A DNA stretch of 64,000 nt. It comes from Phoronis australis (taxonomy: Eukaryota; Animalia; Phoronida). Made by a program: the position numbers and the translations under genes. Of this stretch, positions 37,936 to 61,032 are shown one piece after another. The notes beneath the pieces are model-generated. The model was given only the letters and a program-made list of their open reading frames with translations. It was not told the DNA's origin and ran no database searches. How positions within the stretch are numbered: the first letter of the stretch is position 1; the number at the start of each line of letters is the position of its first letter. Location of the stretch: assembly GCA_002633005.1 (NCBI GenBank), contig NMRA01000411.1:62001-126000 (forward strand), in the 5' to 3' direction.

Positions 37936-40900
37936 GGAAATTGTCAGTGTCGCGTGAAGTCAGTGAATGACAGTATTTACTGTTGCCATTATGTTTGAGA
38001 ACGAGATGTTGTGTCCAAACTACAATGGTTCTGCATGTTTGGAACGCACATTGTCACGTTTGCGTTTCTAAAATTTATGCTTAAAGGAGGCATTGTGTCC
38101 TAAACAACAATGTACAACAGTCACCTTTTGTAGCGCCACCAAAGTGTGCAAGTAGTGAATAGGGTGTATTACAGGGCTTTACTGCACCAGGGTAAAACTA
38201 GTTTTATGACTGTTGCTCGTTTCATTGTAAGCGCTTTGGTACAGAAGTTGCATGTTTTAGGTATATGTTGAGGGTGCAACAGGCAGTAGACATTATTGGG
38301 AATCATTGGTCCAGGTTGGAACTGATGGTTTGGGTAAGGATTTTAAATTTTTAGTTTGGTCCATCCTAAAAGTTACAGTGAATTAATGAATTTATTTTTA
38401 GTAAATATTTTGTCCCTCACCATTTGTACATAATCTTAGTTAGCAAAGTACGAGTCATAGCCTGCCAGAGTACACGTTGAATTATCAGTATGTTTAACGA
38501 CCTTTTCACCTACTTTAAATACCACGACAACCCTATTAGATTTTTAGTTAATTAAAGTAAATATTCCACACAAGTTGTCAACTGACACTGTCTGGACCAA
38601 ATTATCAGAACTGAAAATTTAAGATTGAAGTTGAAGCTGAACCAAAACTTAAAACCTGTTTGACTTGTTGTACCCCAAGTAGGGGTTCATGTATATATTT
38701 GTTGGTCTGCTCTTGCTTTAAATATTTTGATATTTGTGATCTCTGTAGGCATTGCATGTTATTTTACCATTATACGTTTTATTTACCACGAACCCATTCC
38801 GTGTGTTCAAAGTTTCCTGAATTTGTTAGATATTTAAAATTTTCCAACATTTAAAACCACAAGTTACCCTCGAAGACTTCTTTCAGATGTCAAAATTTTA
38901 ATAAACTTCTCAATTCTGTAAAATCAGGTTTCGTAGAGTTACTTAGAAGCGATATTTGTATTATCAGGAAGAGATCTTCCTGGTACTATGGAAGAGCTCA
39001 AGACAGACTGTCATGGATACTGATCACCACTTGATGTGCCAAAACAATACCGTGTGACTGTTTGAAGGCTGGAGAATAATCTCGTTTGTTGTCATAACTA
39101 TACAGTGGGAGAAAACTCCTGCATGATGTCATTTGTTTTATACTAAAAGCTTTACTTTTTGACACGAGAGGTGTGCAGTTAAACGCTGTTACAATGAATC
39201 TTTCGGGGACTTTTCTTAATTATTAAATTAACTTGAATTTAGTTCTGTTGGCTTGGAACTTGCAGGGCTCTATATTTTTGTTATTAGTAATATATGAAAT
39301 AGATAAGGTTACCCAAATGTAAAATTGAAAGGATAGAACAGATGTGTAATGTGACAACTTTGTGTGATGTAACTGTGCCTATTAGCTTTAGCTAGGCCAT
39401 TTCAACTACAATGTCTACATACTTTATGCCATCAGTGTGAATTTGCCTGTGATAATTTATATGATGCCTTATAAATAACTATTTTATAACATTCCTGTTT
39501 TTGTCAACATAACATTTCTGGTTTTGCTAAATAAATCTTTAGAGACAGCCACCATTAATTCATTTTCAGTGATCGTTTCGCACTGCGCAAGTAACAATAC
39601 ACACACGACAAGTTGCGTTCACAATTTTTATTTCAAATTGTTCCCAGGAAAGTTAAAATCTAGCATAACCCAAGTAAACATTGCTAACAGTCTAAACCAA
39701 TACCTCAAACATCCATTTATTGCACACGGTGAAAGAAACTACTACTGCTTAACCCATTTACAGACTGCGGCAGAAACAAATTTTAGCACAACTTGCCAAC
39801 AACTTTCTTTTTTACAGAAATGACGGTGAATCTTCAATTGAATTTTTCAATACCACTAACTCAGGTCACTTGTAATATCAAGCTGCATCAACTTCAATAA
39901 TATTCAGACTTCATGAATATTCAGACCGTAATAGCCGAGTCAAATCTCCAGAATTCTACTTGGAAACGTCCTACGACCTGAATATTCATGAATTATAAGA
40001 CAGGTTTTTCCGAGTCCTTAAAACCACAGAGAGCAAAGAGGCAAATAGGAAGCTACGAACAACACTAAAAACGTCCAATTAATTAAAACACAGAACAAAA
40101 GAATTAAACCTTGAACAAATTAATAAAATATCACAAACATCTAACCCTAGAATGGGACACAGTGATCTGCCTTGCAGAGCGCAAAACATTTCATAAATCA
40201 GAGGGAGTTCTACCAAGACGGTGATACTCGCGTTGTTGAATCATGGTGTCATCATACCAAGTAACATCAACACTCAAAATATTCAAATACAACCGATCAA
40301 TTGTGAACCATTCACAAGCATAAAAGAAAGTAAACCTACATCAAGGATATGTAATGAAAATAAAATAACTTTCAACTCCAGGCAACGGTGATGAAATATA
40401 CAACCAGTGTACAAACCACAAATCACCTGTACTACAAAACTATACAGTTCAAGAAATATTCCCCCTGAACTTATACATTGTGTGCCGCGTAAATGTTACG
40501 GCAAGATTTGACGGACAACTAAGCATTGTCAATAGGTAAGAGAGTCGAGATTAACAATTTTCCAGGAAACAATGGAATTAGACTCTCAAACCAATACCCT
40601 AAACAAGGAATCATTCTATTTTCTATGAAACCGTGGAACGTAATGCATATTTCTCTAAGTAAAGTTGTTGGAAAAATTTCCTGCAGCACACAATGCATGA
40701 GTCGAGGGACAGTCTCCATAACGAGCCTACAAACAACAGCCTACATAAACAAACACACATACAAAGAAGCGGAATTCTTATAAATGGAATTTCAAAATGC
40801 ATCCCAAAGCCCCCTCCCAATTACGAAAATATCTACTTTTGCTATATTGCCTAATTCAAATTCTGGTAACCATGGTGATGATGAACAAGGCTAATAACGT

Positions 40901-42220
40901 AATGTCTTGATAAAAATGACAATGAGCACTGAAGAACCTAAATTTACGATTAATTTCAGAAAAAAATACCGTATCAAAGACACAGTAATAAGTCAAAGAG
41001 TATTATCACACAAAACCATGACAAATTTGTAGTTCAAAGCACTTGAGCCATCACCATACCAACCAAGTAGAATGTGCCTAGATACCTACAGTACAATGTT
41101 GACTAGATGAGTTAACACGCCACACAATCAATGAAACATTAATATCATATGTAATAAGTGAAAACCACTAGAGAAGATAGCAGACACAATACAATTTCAT
41201 TAGTTACAACGTGACTACACAAGTCATCATTCAGTACGATTGATATCATCAAATGACTCCACAAAATCTATCAATGAACGTTAAAGAAGTCAATGCAATC
41301 AAGTAACTGGCATTGCTTTATAAAACTCAGTTATGGGTCCAAACCATGAATTCATCTCCATCCGCTACACAGTCAACACCTATATAGTATACATATAAGA
41401 ATATTAGCATTAATACGAGATCACGATAATAAAATTGGCTGTAACCACCAAACATCATGCACGCAAGAACACAGTACTAAATACAGAAGCACACTGTTAG
41501 CAAAAACAAAATCGCCAGTTAGAATATACAAAATGTGCGTTAAAATAACTAATCAACTGCTAACGAGGCTAGACAGACTAGATCCAAAGCACTGAAGTAA
41601 CCGATTAACCAAGAATCGTCGTATACAATATTAGAGACAGTAAAATAAATCACTGGTAGTCATAGCCACGTTACAAGTCACAATCCAATAATTATGTTGA
41701 TGCAAACATTTTAATACTCACAAGAGTCAATTCCCTAGATTCCTCAAAACCAGTATGCCAAAGAAGTTTATTTATTACAGTACTAGCCAAATAACGCACG
41801 GTAGTCGTGTATGCCAACAATAAACGAGCCATTCTAGCTGAGATTTCCTCCTGAATTACAACGGAACGGCTGCAAGTATGAGGAGTAGGACATGATTATA
41901 CGTAAAACATGATCTAGCTTGCAAAAAGACAACTCAGACCCAATATACACAATTACTGTCTATACCCGCAGTGTCCATATCATAAACGTCTCGTGCACCG
42001 TACAACATTAGTCGCTCAAAATACTGATATAGCAATTCGAAGCTAAATATACAGACATCTAAAATATACAAAGACATAAACTGGAGACCAAGTAACAACT
42101 GAGTTGAACAAAATATTCATAGCAGAATTAGAACCAGCATCTTCTCTGAAGGCTATGTAGGACCTTATCAATAAGTCCGCGTATTTAGCAAATATCTACA
42201 TAATTGCAAATTTTAACTAT

Positions 42221-42380
42221 GTCACGTGACCATGCATTATGTCACGTGACCGTGCATTATGTCATGTGACCATGCATTATGTCATGTGACCATGCATTAT
42301 GTCATGTGACCGTGCATTATGTCATGTGACCATGCATTATGTCATGTGACCATGCATTATGTCACGTGACCATGCATTAT
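42221..42380. repeat. 20-bp minisatellite x8 (gtcaYgtgac cRtgcattat)
   Basis: Eight exact-period units differing only at two CpG/TpG positions. Confidence 0.97.
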
Positions 42381-44000
42381 TAGAAAAAAGGTACATTGAT
42401 AGCAAACCATCGGTATCACTAACATGATTAGATTTTATCTGATATACACGAGACCTCAAACATACTTTAAGATTTCTAAAATATTTTGTTTTTGTTTTAC
42501 GAAAATCATAGATGACCTCTCTTTTAATAAATGCCTCTCAAAGAAAAGAGAAACATTTTACAAAAAATTCCCGATAACGTTTTGGAATACAATGTACAAA
42601 GCATAATACCTCAAAGCCTTAATTTGTGAGAAAGTTAGCCAAATTTGGACGTTTTTCTAAGGTCCCACATAGCCTTGATTAAGTTTAGCCTGTACTAAGA
42701 TTGTCCATACAGTCAATTACATCACAACGTCTGCGTTTTCTTTGGTATTACAAAATACCGTCCACCAAGGACAAGACATTGTTGGAGACAATTGCAAATT
42801 AAAACTGTCAAAAATCAGTGAATTTTAAGTTTTTCTAGCTACCGCGAAGGAATGTTTCGTTTTCAATTTGGTAGCTACCGCATTATTCAAAATAATTCAT
42901 CAACGTAAAATAAAATCGTGCACGGCAGCAGCGGGGACAAAAATTTACGAATTTAACCGTCGGTACTGGCAAAAAAACTAACCAAATCTAGTGCACACAT
43001 ACACACACACCATAACTCGCACTACCCTCACACTAATACATCTGCATTTTCGTGATTCAATGAAAGACTATAAAGTGTGTAATATTACAATCTAGTGAAT
43101 ATCACTTAAAACACACATAATATGCTAAAAGCACAAATGACACACCGGTGATAATACGCATGACCTTGATGGTGTTGAATACAGTGTAATATAAATGCTC
43201 ATCAGACCACTATAATCTTAGGAAACCAGGCGTTTATTTTTACAATACGCTAACTAAGTGAAGGAGAAGGCTTTCAAAAAGTTGTATTTGTAATTGCGGA
43301 ACATTCTTAGTAGTATTAGCCTGAAAATGGCCTACTAAATTGGTGAATTATAATTACACAGAAACACTGCGAGGATGAAAACTGTTTAGACACATTCAAC
43401 ACTACCAGAGCATTATTTGTATCACATATGAGCTAAAAGTACCTGACGAAATACAGCCTATGGCTCGTTTGCAAGAAGTACAAGTAACGAAGTCAAAAAG
43501 ATTGCATGCAAACAAAGCACTCAAAAGCTCACTCAAAGATGGAGAAACAATTCATTCGATTATGACAGCCAAAAAGATGTACTGAGTTCTACACTAATTA
43601 CATAAAATACATATTGGCAAGCCATGTTCACAGGCTAAAATAGAGAATGCAGTGTTCCAAAATTAAATGTTCCACTAGCCAAAGCACCCGCGCCCTCCTT
43701 AAGTCATTGGAGGCGGCGATATTCGTCGACACGTCAAATCAGTCTAGATAATCAATTATCAACAAAATCAAAATCGTGTCGCACCTCACTTTTAAGAAGC
43801 CAAGATAAAAACTACTTCAAATCCGTTTAAATATAATTAAGAGCATAAAAATTTACTCACGAAATTCATTGACAAATATAACACTATCATAAACACACTT
43901 TATTATAATTATTAACGTCTAAGCAAAACAAAATTGTATGTTACATTCCAATTACTTTCAAAAATTATCTCATCACCACAATTAGTCAAAATAGGCCAAG

Positions 44001-44076
44001 CACAGACTTCCTAACGCCCTGTGCTTGGTACAAGGCCAAACACAGACATCTTAACGCCCTGTGCTTGGTACAAGGC
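44001..44076. repeat. 40-bp tandem duplication in proximal HIPK 3'UTR
   Basis: cacagac....taacgccctgtgcttggtacaaggc occurs twice. Confidence 0.85.
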
Positions 44077-44171
44077 AGCAACAGATAAATTAAAAAAAAA
44101 AATGCGTCCCAGCAACAGCAGTGTTCAGTCGTGCGTGTCGACAACGAGGCATTCTGGGAAGTCCTGCGCTG

Positions 44172-54640
<10,469 letters not shown>

Positions 54641-55697
54641 TCAATCAGATGGCAAATCCTTGGAATTTACATTCAAATTAATACAAATTTCAAATTTGAA
54701 CAAAAATAATGGACAAAATTTCCATTTGTTAAATTTTCAGACTTTCATTGTTCCCAGAACTTAAGAATTTTGTTATTAATAAATTTTATTTAGGGACATC
54801 TCAACAGAACAACCTAAATGCGGAGAAAAAATTGTTTATGTCATCGCTCACAGCACCATGAATTCATTTGTATACATAGGTTTAATCAAACATCAACCAC
54901 ATTTCATACATACATCATGACCAATAGTTTGGTCACCATGGATACAATGTCTATTGCTATTCCTTTCTTTGCATCCACTGCATTTTTGATTGGTGGTTTA
55001 TTTAAAATCCACTGGCTATAGAGTATTTATAATAAATACCATGAAATGGCATCAACTGCAGACGAAAATTATTGTTAAATCGGCCCATTTTTCTTTTCCA
55101 AAGGCTTCTAATAATGTTGTGAATGCCGATAAACTTTTGAAATATTATCTGGCGGTATACCTTTGGAGTTTGAACACACAAAAGTGCTGATTCGGTGCTG
55201 TTCACCTTTTACGAAAAAATAAAATTTCACTTGCCTGATATAATGTGTCCTAAATTTATGATACTTTATCGTACAATGCAATAGTATACACAAACAGAGA
55301 CGAGACAAATTAAAAAAAAATAAAGTAAACAAGACAATTAAGACATGGGTACATGTAAAATTAACCTAAATCTAAACAAAAACGACAAGAAAAAGAGGTT
55401 ACTTTCTTGCCATCGATCATGGTACCTAATGTTCACAACATCTGTCTATATCAGATGTTCAGAGGGCAGTAACAGGTGTAATCAGATGCGTGTATTCGGT
55501 CATAAGGAAACTGACATTTGTTATTGTTTCACATGGTACCAACAATCATCCCCTGGTCAATAACTTAATAATCAAAACGACATTATCGATTAACAGCCGG
55601 AAAACCAATTTTTGTAATTACTATTAGATGCAATATTTAAGAAAGTTTTACATTCACTGTAAATTAACGCAAACAGCTGCCACCTAATTAGTAAGGA

Positions 55698-55765
55698 TAT
55701 AATATAATATATAGTATAATATAATATAGTATAATACAGTATAATATAATATAATACAATATAAT
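55698..55765. repeat. (ATAAT)n-type microsatellite
   Basis: aatataatatatagtataatataatatagtataatacagtataatataat... Confidence 0.85.
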
Positions 55766-58700
55766 GTACACATCCTTATAAAAATGTAGGGCACTGGTGT
55801 TGTCAATACTAATGCTATATCACTGATTCAGAATAGTCAGGGTTGTATCACTGAAGCAGTAGTCATACCAGCTCAAAATTATAATTAATTCTTAAATTTT
55901 GGAGAAAATACTTCCTAATATTGTCACTTTTTGATTGTATAAAGGCTTGCAACATTGCTACAAATGACAAAGTTTTACCAAATATAATTCGGTGACGGTT
56001 GTACCAAATGAACCAGGCGAACTGAAGACTTTTTACCAAACACGAAAAACAAGATTGTGGTTAATGAATTCACATCAAGACAACAAAGATACACAAAACC
56101 ATATTTTCACAACAGCTGTGGTCATCACATCACTAACACCTTAAGCTATGCAAAATTGATCAACTTGGCCATTCTTAACAACAAGCCATGGGACTGACCA
56201 ACTCAACAACAAAGAGTGTTTGTCACGCAATAAACAGCAGCGCCAATACCTTCAGGACTGTTATGTGGTTTTGTTAACGTGGAAGTCCGACCTTAATGAC
56301 AAATCTAAATTTTTAGCCTGATATCTAAAAACTATAAAAATTTTTGAAAGTAAAAAAGCCTCATTTTTGCATATTTTATTAAATTGCCATTAACTGGATC
56401 ACAAGAACATGTCTTTTTTTAATAAAATTCAACAAAAAGGTACATGAATAGCTAAAAAAGAACGATATCAATAACAAGATCTAATTTTACCCGATACAAA
56501 CGTTCAGGATCAGGGTCCCAAAACGCTGTTACTTCTTTAGAATATCGTTTCACTTTTAAGCAACTTAAGAGCTTTTTCATGCAAATCAGAAAAAGAACAT
56601 TTTTTCTCCTGATGAAAATGAAATATTTTTTGTTTCCCCATGCCTCTTAGACGGATAGGTCGTACTACATCGGCACATTATCTAGTCTTATTTTTCCACT
56701 TTTTGTACCAAACAAATATTTCATTTAGCGCCTGATCTAGTTTTTCCATCCAAACCAAAACATGCCCCACTAACATGTCACTGTCTGATTTACCAAAATG
56801 TCAAAACCATTAAGAATCCCTCAAGAGCTGACCCAGACTGTGTGTGGTAGATAACAGCCATGTGACAACTGTACACTAGGGGCCAATGCAGACACACAGC
56901 CAGAGCTCAGATGATGTCTCGAAACGCCCCAGGGCCACGAGAAGCTCACAGGGAACAACTGATCTGGTGCAAGTACGTGTGTAAACACAACCGATGCGGA
57001 GCAAGTTGACACCGCAGCAGCAGCGGCCATTTTTGACACCAGCTTGAGAGGACCAATTTGCACTCATCAGTTGTTCCAGTGTCAATATTAGATGTCTGAA
57101 TACAAACTGTGGCCAGACAGAATGGATCATCTCTTGTTAGGCTTGTGCAATCATCTTTATACCCTGACATTCTAGGTAGTTAAACGCATAGAAAGTTTTC
57201 GAGTAAATGACTCAAGCTGATCCAGTTAGTGTTCTAATGTCCTATAGAAGCTAGTTAAGTGGAACAATTCAAACTGTGACAACTTCCGTCATGACAACTC
57301 ACGCTGTGACAATTGTTCCTTGTGCAAAAACGGCTTTAGACAGTTCAACTCACAGCTCAACAGCACACTGGGGAGACAAAACAGGTAGCTCACTTCACAA
57401 ACAAGCCCATGCTATATTACGCTCACCAGATAAAAAAATGTACATTCGCCTCACCCGTTCGCCAGATGAATTTTTCACTTTTCATTTCGGCGCAGACGTG
57501 AGGTACGCAGCAGTGCAGCACATAGCTCACCCTCTGCGCCGGCCCTTACAAAGCTTGCACATGGCGTCAGTCAGTCACAACAATGTTCAGCAAACAGTTC
57601 ACACATCTATCAGTACAGTCTGTAATTCACTATCAGGCTTGGCAGTTAATATTCACCATCAAATCACATGATTGAATGCTGCATGGTCAGTACTGAGACA
57701 ATACTGGTTTGATGTCCCATTAACTTGTCATTCACATTTTCCCCATGTACAGATATCTGTGATTAGTTACATAGTCTGCACTGACAGAGACATAGTCTCT
57801 CTTCCAAAGCTAATTGCGTGTCTAGACAGGCCTCTGCTTTGCAACTGTATCACTGAACTACTTGCCTATGGAGTTATCCGCCCCTACAGTTGATCACAAG
57901 AGCGATCGTAATTTTGACAAGTTTTGCAAGGTTGGTAATTACTTCATGGAAATTTGTGAGTCAGACTTCCATTTTGTACATTAACTGGGAAAGAAATTGA
58001 ATCTACCAATTTCCTCTTAAATTAATTGAGACTAATCATGTTGACTAGTATTCGCAAAAGGCAAACTATCGGCAAAAATAGAGCTCTCCTATTTCTAAGC
58101 GTGTTTACGTCTAAGATAACCAGAACTCAGTAAATGTTTTTCAAATCTTCGTATTACTTCACTCTTCAATCCTTTTCTAATTTCAGCAACACATCAACTT
58201 TGAATGACCATCTGTCTAAGTCAACACAATAGCTAATTCCAAACAACAAAAACTTGTAAAGGTTGCCTGTACATGGAAACCAGTAATATGATCCACTTGA
58301 GGTCGAAAGGGGGTCAACTATTGCATCACAAAGGAGAACAATACTGATGTTTATGCAGTATGGAATTTAATCATTCAATTTTGAGCCCGCAATAGCACAG
58401 GTTTCACTGGTTTTCAAATTTGCTTTAAATAACTAAAACCCCAAGAGTTTAGTCTTGTCATTGCAAGAAATTAACAAAATCAATTTCCATTTTTCTATCT
58501 TGTCAGTGAAATGCGCACCACATTCAACTGGAGGTCATGATCATTACTAAATTACAAGTTTCCAAAAACACGGTCTGACATGCGCATGATAACACAATGT
58601 CAACCACAAAAAATGAAAAAGTGACCAACAAGTGCACTATGACAAAATAAATTTATTATCAAATAATACCCCATGCATTTAGAAAAACATCGCTTGCTTA

Positions 58701-60545
58701 AATGTACCTTTCGCTATAACTGAAAACAGTCCCTAGTCAACCAATTGTTAACGAAAAAATTCAACATATTGTTATAAAACTTGCCAACCCAGATAACCCT
58801 ATTTTCATATCTGAAATGTTGTAAACAGCTAGGAGTTGCATAATGCAAACTCTAGAGGTCACCTCTGTTCAGGGAATATAGGTCAAACGGCCATATTATG
58901 ACAGGATCATTTCAAAGATTATCATTTCTTTTAGCAAATTTTATAGATACCATAGCTCTTATCAGCTTCAACATATTATTGTGTAAGACAATGTTAGGTT
59001 TAATCTCCTGTAGTCCTTTACTTATATTGAAATATACCCAGCTTATAATGGCTACTTGGAAAGTAGGACAATACAATACAGGATTAATCGATCATAGCAA
59101 GTCATTGTTCGACTTGGCGTTTCAAAGATCGGAGAAACCAGGGGAGGTTAATTAGAAAACCAATTAGTCCTTCAGGGGTATTGCACTTTGTGGGGTTTGA
59201 CAACGATGAGTTGTGTCATATATTAGCATTACTAGCTCTTCCTAATGTTTAATCACAGACGTAAATTAATTAGCTTTGTTCTTCCATCACGTAATCTAGT
59301 GTGACAAGCTGAGCATGAAACATTAAAATGGTTTAAAAAATGCTTTAGTTCTCAGTCTATAATAAACAAAAAACAAACAGAAGAAATGTTAGAAAAGTCT
59401 GGATTTGGAAACTTATATCCACGGTGATTATCGGCTTATTTCACACAAAAATAATTGTCAAAATTACCATGATTGAACTTTGCTACAAACAGTGGAAACT
59501 TTACCAAATATTGTTTAAAGACCCGGTACAGACTATGCTAGTAACCAACTGAAATTAATCTCTATTTTTTGTGGAGAAATTAGACAAAATGGAATTTCAC
59601 TAGCTGGCCATAATGTGTGCTAGGTAAGTGATAAGTTGCCAAACAAGCTAGATTTAATGGGAGATACAAGATTTTTTTCAATTTTAAGTACTAGAAGACA
59701 ACCGGAAGGGCAGTGAACTTAACGCCCAAACTTAACGCACGTCACAATACAATAACATCACGCTTGCAATGCCTTCAGATGTGAACTACTCCATGCACTT
59801 TGTTTGCAGCCAGTGATTTCACCTCAAGCCACGTATCCATCCCAAAGCAACAGAACCCAGCACAACACAGCCATAATGCTGGCTCATTAAGGATTTAGCC
59901 CAAGGTGGTCAAATAATTACCGGGTGGTCAGACAATAGCTGGTCAAACAATGGACCATCTGTCCATCACCAGAGAACACATCAACAGGGTACAGAATCAT
60001 CTCACCACCTTCCATCTCATTATTTCTTGGCGTGTTTACAATTATGATAGTCCCCAAAGGTGAATTCAGTGCATCCCTATGAATGCCTACCCTGTCTAGA
60101 CCTCTAATGCTGTAAAAGTACAAGTGAGCTTCGTTTCCTACAAGAAACACCCGAGATCCAAGCAGCATTACAAAATAAACCATTCTTATTATTTAATATA
60201 TAAGCATCAATGCACTACTTTATGTTATCACTGCAACAAGTTGAGCAGATATGATTTATTGCTCTGTCCAAGTTGGATAGTTCAAAATCCTTGCAGAATT
60301 TAGACGAGATAGCAAGGTGCAGAAGGTGCATGTTGTATAATGCTGAGATTATAATATTTACTAGGCCTGGATTTAATCTCATGGCAACTGTACAAGAAAT
60401 CGGGTGACATCCAGGGGAGATAATCCAACTTGTACACAACAAGGGAGATAAATCACTTAGAAGATGAACTGAGCAATAGGTACTGCTTCAGAACAGTGAT
60501 GGTGACTTTAATTAGCTGCCGACCACACTAATTACACTAAAGAAG

Positions 60546-60717
60546 GCAATCAAGTCCTCCCCTGACATCAGAGTACAGTTTGAGAACTGCAATCAAGTCC
60601 TCCCCTGACATCAGAGTACAGTTTGAGAACAGCAATCAAGTCCTCCCCTGACATCAGAGTACAGTTTGAGAACTGCAATCAAGTCCTCCCCTGACATCAG
60701 AGTACAGTTTGAGAACA
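60546..60717. repeat. 43-bp tandem repeat x4
   Basis: gcaatcaagtcctcccctgacatcagagtacagtttgagaacW, four near-identical copies with no spacers. Confidence 0.97.
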
Positions 60718-60884
60718 TCAGATTTCACAACCATTTTTACAATTCAATTTTACCAACTGCTGCTGTAAGCAAGAACGGGAGTTCTGTAACAAATTTTTGT
60801 TAATCATATATTTCAGACCAAAGGCGATAAAGATTAACTAGTTACGAAATAGTACAAGCCAATTGTTGTTTTCACATAAACCGG

Positions 60885-61032
60885 GCATGCGTTCAGTAGC
60901 GCTAGGACCTACGCTAGGACCTAGCTAAAATCTAGTCAGAGTCACGTGTTCTCATTTAAAATACACGGCAATATCTCACAGAATCTCGCGAAGTCTTCCT
61001 TTTTAGCGAGGTCCTAGCGTTAATGAACGGGA
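60885..61032. mobile_element. MITE-like interspersed repeat, homologous to 31540-31670
   Basis: Self-inverted ends cgttcagtagcgctaggacct...aggtcctagcgttaatgaacg. Confidence 0.65.

Larger units (their letters stand above)
39600..44171 (-). other. Putative long (~4.5 kb) HIPK 3'UTR
   Basis: U/GU-rich on the minus strand and nearly free of the MITEs seen in introns; candidate AATAAA (tttatt on +) near 39627-39632. Earlier poly(A) signals exist, so the true end is uncertain. Confidence 0.5.

Noticed and set aside
59917-60442. Possible retroelement or pseudogene relic in the HIPK intron
   Set aside because: No recognisable motif in any frame.
60546-60717. 43-bp repeats as a CRISPR-like array
   Set aside because: Head-to-tail identical units with no unique spacers, in a eukaryotic intron with no cas genes.
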